Source of the DNA: a virus
Taxonomy: Duplodnaviria > Caudoviricetes
IMG/VR virus record: IMGVR_UViG_3300032272_000057
Location: 1 to 27,227 of that record
Length of the DNA: 27,227 nt
Direction: 5' to 3' (one strand)
In this document: one piece after another, positions 1 to 6,206 of the stretch
How the letters are laid out: every line of letters starts with the position of its first letter
How positions within the stretch are numbered: the stretch's first letter is position 1
The notes under the pieces: model-generated
What the model saw: the letters and a program-made list of their open reading frames with translations, nothing else
Databases searched by the model: none
Told to the model about the DNA's origin: nothing
Position numbers and translations under genes: made by a program

Positions 1-1
1 T

Positions 2-124
2 TCAGATAGCCCGTTCGCCGTTAAACTTAAAGGATATGAAGTAATAGCAGGAGAATTACATGAACGACATATTTGCTTAACCTGTATGCAGAAGATTATT
101 GGTAACGCAAATAATTCTACTTAA
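2..124 (+). CDS. 3' end of a hypothetical protein (truncated by window start)
   Basis: Open frame 2-124 (SDSPFAVKLKGYEVIAGELHERHICLTCMQKIIGNANNST*) ending just before the RBS of the next gene. Confidence 0.5.
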   Translation, partial: SDSPFAVKLKGYEVIAGELHERHICLTCMQKIIGNANNST

Positions 125-133
125 CACCTACGG

Positions 134-301
134 AACAAAGGGGAATAAGACAATGACTAATTGCGAGAAAAGAACACTAAAAAGATATGCAAAACAGGGT
201 ATGACTTTTGACCAAATAAGGCCGCTTGTTGATTGCACAGATGCAACGATAAAAAAATACATAAAGATTTTAGGTAACAAATAACAAAGGGGAATAAGAC
301 A
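134..301 (+). repeat. 19-bp direct repeat AACAAAGGGGAATAAGACA (134-152 and 283-301) forming the RBS of consecutive genes; degenerate third copy at 471-490
   Basis: Exact repeat read from the sequence. Confidence 0.9.
153..284 (+). CDS. Small hypothetical protein (43 aa), possibly HTH-like
   Basis: ATG at 153 preceded by AAAGGGGAATAAGAC; MTNCEKRTLKRYAKQGMTFDQIRPLVDCTDATIKKYIK has a helix-turn-helix-like pattern. Confidence 0.6.
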   Translation: MTNCEKRTLKRYAKQGMTFDQIRPLVDCTDATIKKYIKILGNK

Positions 302-483
302 TGAGTGAATTAAAAGAGGGTGACAGGATTGTTGTTAATTTTCATAATGCAGCTTTCACTCTTGTCGGTGATGGAGAACTAATCTCTATGCCGAGGGCAA
401 CTGGCGATAGTTGGGTAGTGAAAGACGCAAAAGGTGTTATTCATTATATCAGTGAAGGCTGCACAATAACAAAAAAAGGATAA
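301..483 (+). CDS. Hypothetical protein (60 aa), small beta-rich/SH3-like
   Basis: Repeated RBS upstream; ELKEGDRIVV...WVVKDAKGVIHYI beta-strand pattern. Confidence 0.7.
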   Translation: MSELKEGDRIVVNFHNAAFTLVGDGELISMPRATGDSWVVKDAKGVIHYISEGCTITKKG

Positions 484-487
484 GACA

Positions 488-973
488 ATGACACAAGATA
501 ACGAACTCACGGTGGAGAAGATAAAGAACAGAACTGAAATTGAAAATGGAGTTTATGAGCTTGATGACGGAGCTATAACCACTGATGATATATCTATAAT
601 TGCATTCCTTCTCGAGCAAGTGGATAAACAGCAGACACATATCGAGGTGCAGTTTAATAAAATCAATGCACTAACCAAGCAAGTGGAAAGCCAGAAGGAA
701 ACACTTAAAAAAGTATCTGAGACGCATGAGTTGATAGACAAAGCTATTGTGACCGACACCGCCACACATTGCGCTGAATTGGTAGAGGCAAAACTTATTG
801 AGAGGCACATGGTTGAGCAGTTACTACTCGACGCAACAAAAGTTAAAAAGGTGAACCCAGAAAGGTTGGGGTTTCTTACTGACTTAATCCACGAAGCAAT
901 CATAGCGACAGGGATAGATAAAGGAAAAGCTATCCGCACTAAATTTCAACTACCAAAAGATGAAGCGAGGTAA
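488..973 (+). CDS. Hypothetical phage protein with coiled coil (161 aa)
   Basis: RBS AAGGA; tightly packed with neighbours; heptad-like L..QVE repeats. Confidence 0.75.
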   Translation: MTQDNELTVEKIKNRTEIENGVYELDDGAITTDDISIIAFLLEQVDKQQTHIEVQFNKINALTKQVESQKETLKKVSETHELIDKAIVTDTATHCAELVEAKLIERHMVEQLLLDATKVKKVNPERLGFLTDLIHEAIIATGIDKGKAIRTKFQLPKDEAR

Positions 974-976
974 TAG

Positions 977-1213
977 ATGACACAATGCAGAAAACACGCA
1001 TGGGACACCGTGGATTGCCCGTATTGCACCATCGACACCCTTCTCAAGCAAGTGGAGAGCCTCACCACCCTCTGCTACAATTACGAGAAGCAGACAAGAG
1101 CCGACAACGACGAGATATATACGTTGTGCAGGCAATTAGAAAGCCAAGGGGAAGAGATAGCGAGGCTAAAACTAACCATCAGCGGCAAGACGTTCTTTGA
1201 TAAGGAGGATTGA
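977..1213 (+). CDS. Hypothetical protein with N-terminal Cys/His (CxxH...CxxC) motif and coiled coil
   Basis: RBS GAGG; CRKH...CPYC motif. Confidence 0.7.
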   Translation: MTQCRKHAWDTVDCPYCTIDTLLKQVESLTTLCYNYEKQTRADNDEIYTLCRQLESQGEEIARLKLTISGKTFFDKED

Positions 1214-1214
1214 T

Positions 1215-1406
1215 ATGTTATTTGATTGGTTGATACTCGGTAGGAAGAACCCGGAGGAGAATGGTGGATCTATCTACATCGAATTTACCAAAGGTGGTGT
1301 GATCCGGACCATCAACAACGACAAATCCGGAAAGATTGTTGCTGTTGACAAAGAAGGAAACATCGTCATAGCTGCAGAAAGGAGCAGGATCGATGCCGAT
1401 TTATGA
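1215..1406 (+). CDS. Hypothetical protein (63 aa)
   Basis: AAGGAGG at 1202-1208 points to ATG 1215 rather than 1197. Confidence 0.6.
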   Translation: MLFDWLILGRKNPEENGGSIYIEFTKGGVIRTINNDKSGKIVAVDKEGNIVIAAERSRIDADL

Positions 1407-1584
1407 ATACGTTTGTTGGATCTGCGATACGTCATTGACGGACTCTAAAGCCAAGATTGACCAACCACCGCCAGTTTGCCCGGAGTGCACTGCCGAGGGT
1501 GATGTTTATATGGTGCGTAAAGTCTCTGCGCCTGGTTTTAGATTGGACCACACAGTACGCGGGGATGGTTCCTCGTATTCCTGA
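1393..1584 (+). CDS. FmdB-family zinc-ribbon protein
   Basis: MPIYEYVCxxC ... CPEC ... RKVSAPGF signature of the FmdB/CxxC_CxxC_SSSS family; RBS AAGGAG. Confidence 0.85.
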   Translation: MPIYEYVCWICDTSLTDSKAKIDQPPPVCPECTAEGDVYMVRKVSAPGFRLDHTVRGDGSSYS

Positions 1585-1593
1585 ATTGATATA

Positions 1594-1635
1594 TGAATAG
1601 AGCTTGAATAGCTGAATAGCTGAATAGCTGAATGG
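1594..1635 (+). repeat. Tandem TGAATAGC repeat (3 exact copies 1605-1628 plus degenerate flanks)
   Basis: Read directly from the sequence. Confidence 0.9.
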
Positions 1636-1637
1636 AT

Positions 1638-1672
1638 GAGGGGGAGCCGATGAGCTCCCCCTCTTTTTGTTT
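1638..1672 (+). terminator. Intrinsic terminator between convergent transcription units
   Basis: GAGGGGGAGC/GCTCCCCCTC 10-bp stem, 6-nt loop, then TTTTTGTTT. Confidence 0.85.
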
Positions 1673-1902
1673 TATACCTTTTTGAGAAGGCGATCAACCT
1701 CCTGCTCGGCCTCAAGGATGCGGGTATAAGCGATCGGGATCGATGCCCGGTCCCGGCGGTAATCCTCAAGCGTATCAACCGTGACGCCGAGCCAACCCGC
1801 CATATTGACATTGTTCAAACCTTTGCGCTTTTGCCATTCCTTAAAGTCAAAAGCGTCCATCGGTTTATCATTATAATATGAGTCGAAATGTCTTAATGTC
1901 AT
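1672..1902 (-). CDS. XRE/Cro-like helix-turn-helix protein
   Basis: DFKEWQKRKGLNNVNMAGWLGVTVDTLEDYRR; RBS GAGG; paralogous to the upstream gene. Confidence 0.8.
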   Translation of the reverse strand: MTLRHFDSYYNDKPMDAFDFKEWQKRKGLNNVNMAGWLGVTVDTLEDYRRDRASIPIAYTRILEAEQEVDRLLKKV

Positions 1903-1920
1903 GTCTCTATCCTCTCCCCT

Positions 1921-2184
1921 TTATGCAAAAAGGTCATCGTTGGCTGCGGGCAACTGATCCTCAAGCTCCAAGATTCTAACTTCGAGGCGGTGTATTTCCC
2001 GTTCGAAATGCGCCAGGCGGGATACCGGAAGCGGCACCGGGTAAACCCCGCGGCGATAATTATCGATGGTGGCAGGGCTCACCCCCAACCATTTTGCCAT
2101 TACAGGGTTTGTTATTCGCTTAGATTTTTGCCATTCCTTAAAATCTTCCGCCGACATAACACAGTTTTTAGGTCGTTTTCCCAT
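1921..2184 (-). CDS. XRE/Cro-like helix-turn-helix protein with C-terminal coiled coil
   Basis: DFKEWQKSKRITNPVMAKWLGVSPATIDNYRRG; AAAGGAG at 2197-2191 and the promoter position favour ATG 2184. Confidence 0.85.
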   Translation of the reverse strand: MGKRPKNCVMSAEDFKEWQKSKRITNPVMAKWLGVSPATIDNYRRGVYPVPLPVSRLAHFEREIHRLEVRILELEDQLPAANDDLFA

Positions 2185-2218
2185 TGTCTTCTCCTTTGTT
2201 TTAGGGTTATTTTTAGAG

Positions 2219-2247
2219 AGCATAAGACTTATATTCTAAGTTGTCAA
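2219..2247 (-). promoter_or_regulatory. Sigma70-type promoter for the HTH pair, with an ACTTA-N5-TAAGT inverted repeat in the spacer
   Basis: Minus strand TTGACA (2247-2242), 17 bp, TATGCT (2224-2219); inverted repeat at 2227-2241. Confidence 0.75.
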
Positions 2248-2690
2248 CTGAAAAACACAGTATATAAGTGGTTTTCTGCCCAGGGTGCCCAAAACTTGCC
2301 TCATTTTTGCCAATATAGGGCAGGCGAGATTTACTTTATAGATCAAGTAGTTACAGAGGCAAAACTTATAATTTTAGGGGTGTCCTATTTGTAAACCTCA
2401 GTCCGATAGAAAATGAATAAAATATAAGCGAAGAACGCGAAGAATATAAGCGCTTATATGCTGGTAACTTATATATTATTTATTATTTACTAACTTGATT
2501 TATAAATAGGGATAATAGGGATAAGAAGTCAATGTATTGAAATCATTGAAGAAATTGCTGACCTATTTGTGACCTATGTGCCAGCAAAAAGAGCTAAGTG
2601 CTTGATTTTGGGTCGGAATCTCTGTTATTAGAGGATTCTCACGTGGAAATAAAGATCTCCCCCTCATTTTTTGCTGATGAAAGACAAACG

Positions 2691-2729
2691 AAAAGGCGGA
2701 GAGTCTCTTTGACTCCCCGCCCTTTTTTG
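2691..2729. terminator. Bidirectional intrinsic terminator ending the leftward operon
   Basis: GGCGG-A-GAGTC / GACTC-C-CCGCC stem flanked by an A-run and a T-run. Confidence 0.75.
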
Positions 2730-2744
2730 TTATATGAGATTTTG

Positions 2745-2906
2745 CTATTCAAGTATGGTTATAGTCTGGCCTTGGCCCGGATCGATTTTTAAGAAGGTGT
2801 AATCTTCTTCATCCGGGAGTATGACTTTTATCAATGTGCTTTGTTTGCTCTCTTCATCAAATATCGTAACAGTTTGGCCGGACATGACTTTAATTTCCTT
2901 TTGCAT
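2745..2906 (-). CDS. Hypothetical protein (53 aa)
   Basis: AAAGGGG RBS before ATG 2906 (MQKEIKVMSG...); ends just before the terminator. Confidence 0.65.
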   Translation of the reverse strand: MQKEIKVMSGQTVTIFDEESKQSTLIKVILPDEEDYTFLKIDPGQGQTITILE

Positions 2907-2925
2907 GGTTAAACCCCTTTCGTTT

Positions 2926-3207
2926 TTAGGCTCTGGCGTCCGCTGCTTTGATCCAGCTGCGTTTTTTAATGATTCTAAGGTCCTCATAGCCTTGGCGCTT
3001 TAACTCGGCGTGTAGAGCTTTGTATTCATCCGGGCCCGCCAGGTTAGACTGTTCCATGACAGCAACATAATCGCAAGCGCCATGCTGGCCAAGATGCTGG
3101 TAGCAGGAACAACCATAAAGGGCGCCGCGTCGGTCCTCGGCGATATAGGGAAAGATTGCAATAGTATCCCCGCCTTTTTTAAATCGTCTGTAAATTACTT
3201 CAGTCAT
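2926..3207 (-). CDS. Hypothetical phage early-type protein (93 aa)
   Basis: RBS AAAGGA; VIYRRF..GDTIAIFP...CYQHLGQHG...EY..L..EL...GY pattern. Confidence 0.8.
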   Translation of the reverse strand: MTEVIYRRFKKGGDTIAIFPYIAEDRRGALYGCSCYQHLGQHGACDYVAVMEQSNLAGPDEYKALHAELKRQGYEDLRIIKKRSWIKAADARA

Positions 3208-3211
3208 TTTT

Positions 3212-3319
3212 TTATCCTTTCGTGTTTTGGTTTAAATCTTTTCCTTCAGGTAAAGCTTTCGGAAAGAGGGAAACGATAACAACAGAGAAGAATACAAACA
3301 ACATATTCAATTCAAACAT
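3212..3319 (-). CDS. Small hydrophobic peptide (35 aa, MFELNMLFVFFSVVIVSLFPKALPEGKDLNQNTKG)
   Basis: AAAGG RBS; fills the gap in the operon; below the ORF-track cut-off. Confidence 0.45.
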   Translation of the reverse strand: MFELNMLFVFFSVVIVSLFPKALPEGKDLNQNTKG

Positions 3320-3393
3320 GATTAAAACCTTTCTGTTAAAGTTTAATGAACCTTTAAAGGCCGCCTCGATGAAGAGACGGCCTATAAGATTGA

Positions 3394-3738
3394 TTAAAAA
3401 TCTTGAATGATAATCCCGCCAGTAAACTCAATAACAAAAGTATTGTCCCGGAGATAATCCAAAACAAATTCTTCTCGATCTGCATCGGTTAAAGCTTCGT
3501 CGTCATCATCCAGGCCGGAAGGGTATCCGCAAGTGTCAACACATTCAATGGCTGATTCGTATTCACTAAACTCACAACATAATGCGATAACATCCAACTC
3601 TGTTTCAGTTTCGCATTGATCATCCAATTCTTCGATGAAGTCAAACAGGGCTTTTTTTGCATCATAAGTGAATTGGTCTTCCCTGTTCATGTCGCGGAAA
3701 GCATCGCAAAATTGAGAAAAGTTAATTGTTTGTTTCAT
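3394..3738 (-). CDS. Highly acidic hypothetical protein (114 aa)
   Basis: RBS AAGGAG; about 32 D/E versus 7 K/R. Confidence 0.85.
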   Translation of the reverse strand: MKQTINFSQFCDAFRDMNREDQFTYDAKKALFDFIEELDDQCETETELDVIALCCEFSEYESAIECVDTCGYPSGLDDDDEALTDADREEFVLDYLRDNTFVIEFTGGIIIQDF

Positions 3739-3761
3739 GATGTTTATCTCCTTTTATTTAA

Positions 3762-4121
3762 TTAGCAGTTGCAAGCTTCGGAATACATCATTGGCTGATA
3801 AACTGATCCAATGTTTCTATCCTGCCAGTTATCATCTTCCCCGGTCATTCTTAAAGAGCCCGCGATAATTAAAGCCTCTGGCTCCAGCTCCCAAACTTTT
3901 TCGAAAAAATAACCATGAACATGCCAACAGGCCGCGGCAACTCTCCGGCCTGTATGACCAATACGCCCGCCTTCGTTCTTTGACGTTTTAACAGTTAATG
4001 TAAAGCTAATTCGCTTTGAGCTGATTTGGGTAATGGTTTTATAAACAATATTATCGTTGAACATATTGTTTACATGTTTTAAAGCTTGATCCAGGGTTTC
4101 TCTGTTTGCAGTTGTTTGCAT
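3762..4121 (-). CDS. Hypothetical protein (119 aa), first gene of the leftward operon
   Basis: RBS GAGAGG; ACWHVHG motif; promoter directly upstream. Confidence 0.8.
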   Translation of the reverse strand: MQTTANRETLDQALKHVNNMFNDNIVYKTITQISSKRISFTLTVKTSKNEGGRIGHTGRRVAAACWHVHGYFFEKVWELEPEALIIAGSLRMTGEDDNWQDRNIGSVYQPMMYSEACNC

Positions 4122-4157
4122 GATGTTTTCCTCTCTATTTGGGTTTGATTTGTCTGT

Positions 4158-4188
4158 ATTTTACATAATGTTGTAAAGATTGCAACAA
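4158..4188 (-). promoter_or_regulatory. Leftward promoter overlapped by operator copy 1
   Basis: Minus strand TTGCAA (4185-4180), 16 bp, TAAAAT (4163-4158); TGTTGTA-aagat-TGCAACA at 4169-4187. Confidence 0.7.
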
Positions 4189-4214
4189 TAAAATAACACT
4201 TTTATTCATTTTTA

Positions 4215-4243
4215 TTGAAACCGGCCCAAAATGTGTATATAAA
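4215..4243 (+). promoter_or_regulatory. Possible rightward promoter for terS (divergent from the leftward promoter)
   Basis: TTGAAA (4215-4220), 17 bp, TATAAA (4238-4243); no SD before ATG 4254. Confidence 0.45.
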
Positions 4244-4253
4244 TCAATACATT

Positions 4254-4766
4254 ATGAGTGAAACTATTTTTCCATTAGAAAAAGCCCCTAATAAGACTGT
4301 ACGCCCTGCAGACCTTGAAATTGAGGAAAAAGAAACTTATATTCTCGATTTGCTCGGCGCTGGTGAAACAATGGCCGGGATCGAAAGAGAATTAAACTGG
4401 TCGAAGAGTGCAATCTTTCAATATGGCGAAAGAAATGTTTCTTTTCGTGAAAAAGTGCATCGCGCCCGCATAGCTGGAATGGATTCATTGGTTGACCAGC
4501 TCCAAACGATACCGGATGAAGAGCCAGATACAAACAAAGCCCGCCTAAAATGCGAGAATATTCGATGGGTTGCATCCAGGCTCAACAGACAGAAGTATGG
4601 CGATAAAGTAGACATATCGATGACGCATTCTATTGACCTGGAAGGCGCCATAGCTGAAGCGAGCCAAAGAGTTGAGCACAAGCGGGCGCAACTACTTGGT
4701 TTTACAGGGGAAGTTACCGAAGCAGAGCTGATAGTTGATGAGGATGAGACGTCCATATTTGATTGA
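4254..4766 (+). CDS. terS: Terminase small subunit
   Basis: N-terminal HTH followed by A..D......ARL..ENIRW.ASRLN...YGDKVDI motif typical of Sf6/P22-like TerS; lies upstream of terL. Start codon uncertain (4215 TTG or 4254 ATG). Confidence 0.8.
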   Translation: MSETIFPLEKAPNKTVRPADLEIEEKETYILDLLGAGETMAGIERELNWSKSAIFQYGERNVSFREKVHRARIAGMDSLVDQLQTIPDEEPDTNKARLKCENIRWVASRLNRQKYGDKVDISMTHSIDLEGAIAEASQRVEHKRAQLLGFTGEVTEAELIVDEDETSIFD

Positions 4767-4968
4767 CATAACTACCACATATGATGCGCCAGGCCAATTT
4801 CCTCAATGATTCCGCCTATTATTCAAATTCTTGAACGTTTACATAAATAAACATTATGCGACGTTGATGCTGCTGAGGCGGGGGGTACACCCACCCCACC
4901 CCCGGAAAAGCGCCGGGCCTGATACGTAAAGGGACCCCCCATAGAAAAATGAGGCAAAAAATTAGCGT

Positions 4969-5000
4969 TTGTTGCAATTCATACAACGTTGTGTTATAAC
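4969..5000 (+). promoter_or_regulatory. Rightward promoter overlapped by operator copy 2
   Basis: TTGCAA (4972-4977), 17 bp, TG-t-TATAAC (4992-5000); TGTTGCA-attca-TACAACG at 4970-4988. Confidence 0.7.
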
Positions 5001-5046
5001 CCCCTCATAATTCATTGTTAGTAAACAGAACACCAAGGAGGTAGAC

Positions 5047-5082
5047 ATGCAAAGCACCCTCAACAAATTGGTCGTTAAATGA
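5047..5082 (+). CDS. 11-aa leader ORF (MQSTLNKLVVK) overlapping the start of the next gene
   Basis: AAGGAGG at 5035-5041; ATGA overlap at 5079-5082. Confidence 0.5.
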   Translation: MQSTLNKLVVK

Positions 5083-5954
5083 GTTGGTCAGTCTCGGCCA
5101 CTTCCTCTGCTGTTAAGACTATTGACATTGAGTACAAGAGCAACGGGGAGTGGGAACAGTGGGGGTTGATTTCAAGCGACCGCCATATCGATAATCCGCA
5201 TTCAGACTTGGTGATGCAGCGGAAGCATCTGCAGCAGGCCAAAGAGCGCAACGCCTTTGTTATTGACACTGGCGATCTATTCTGCGCCATGCAGGGCAAG
5301 TTTGATAAGAGATCTTACAAACCGGATTTGAATGATGAGAACAAAGTGGGGGATTACCTTGGCTCTCTGGTTCGATCCGGTTTAAAGCTGTTTGAGCCTT
5401 TCAAAGAGAACCTGGCGATCATAGGCGAGGGTAACCATGAGTCGTCGGTCCGGAAGCGGGCAGAGTTTGATTTGACGCAAGCATTGGTCGATCGGTTGCA
5501 CGATAAGGGATCGATGGTGGCCATCGGTGGTTACCGCTTTTGGGTTCGGTTTAAGTTTAATAATAAATCAAAAACCAATCAGTATCGTCAGACCTTGAAT
5601 ATGTATTGCACTCATGGCGGCGGCGGGGGTGGTCCTGTAACGAAGGGCGTTATAAAGACCAACCGACGGGCGGTTTATCTTCCGGATGCTCACATAGTGA
5701 CCGGCGGCCATATCCATGAGAGCTGGTTGGTTGAGCTGACCCGGGCCCGACTGTCAACCAATGGGAAAGAGTTCCAGGATACCCAGACGCATGTGAGCTT
5801 GCCGACGTATAAGCAGGAGTTTATTGGTTCCGACGCAGGGTACCACCACGAGAATGAGCGACCGCCAAAGCCCCTGGGCGCCTGGTGGATACGTTTTTAC
5901 TTTGATCGATCCAAAAGCAAGAAGATTCAGTACGAGCTTCAACGAGCCCGATAG
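5079..5954 (+). CDS. Calcineurin-like metallophosphoesterase
   Basis: All five motifs present: SDRH, GD, GNHE, HG, GHIH. Confidence 0.9.
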   Translation: MSWSVSATSSAVKTIDIEYKSNGEWEQWGLISSDRHIDNPHSDLVMQRKHLQQAKERNAFVIDTGDLFCAMQGKFDKRSYKPDLNDENKVGDYLGSLVRSGLKLFEPFKENLAIIGEGNHESSVRKRAEFDLTQALVDRLHDKGSMVAIGGYRFWVRFKFNNKSKTNQYRQTLNMYCTHGGGGGGPVTKGVIKTNRRAVYLPDAHIVTGGHIHESWLVELTRARLSTNGKEFQDTQTHVSLPTYKQEFIGSDAGYHHENERPPKPLGAWWIRFYFDRSKSKKIQYELQRAR

Positions 5955-6019
5955 GGCGAGTTGATTCTTTCCCCGAAGGGGGAAGCTATAAAGGGCACGA
6001 TAGCCAAAAGGAGAAAGCC

Positions 6020-6148
6020 ATGCTAAGATTTTTTGACCTACTGGTCGCAATGTTTTCGGGTTACCCGGTGTACTCCATCGCGTTCTGTATCAGCGTTGGG
6101 TTTATCGGGGTAATGGTTTTTAAGATCCTTCAGGGAATTTTCGGGTAA
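6020..6148 (+). CDS. Small membrane protein (42 aa, MLRFFDLLVAMFSGYPVYSIAFCISVGFIGVMVFKILQGIFG)
   Basis: AAAAGGAG RBS; one hydrophobic helix; absent from the ORF track because of its size. Confidence 0.6.
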   Translation: MLRFFDLLVAMFSGYPVYSIAFCISVGFIGVMVFKILQGIFG

Positions 6149-6206
6149 TGTCCGTGAGCGTGAGTAACGCGAACTTCTCGCATGAGCGCAGCAAAGCGGA
6201 GCGAGT

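Noticed and set aside
232-247. ATTGCA-caga-TGCAAC (also GTTGCG-acc-TACAAC near 21697) as further operator copies
   Set aside because: Spacer is 4 or 3 bp instead of 5, half-sites are imperfect, and there is no promoter context.
1594-1635. Short repeats as a possible CRISPR array
   Set aside because: Units are 8 bp and contiguous with no spacers; no cas genes.
1990-2394. 134-aa plus-strand ORF
   Set aside because: Antisense to a clear HTH gene and runs through its promoter; composition is not protein-like.
3355-3390. AGGCCG...CGGCCT hairpin inside the leftward operon
   Set aside because: Single imperfect hairpin; could be a processing site or weak terminator, but there is no supporting repeat.
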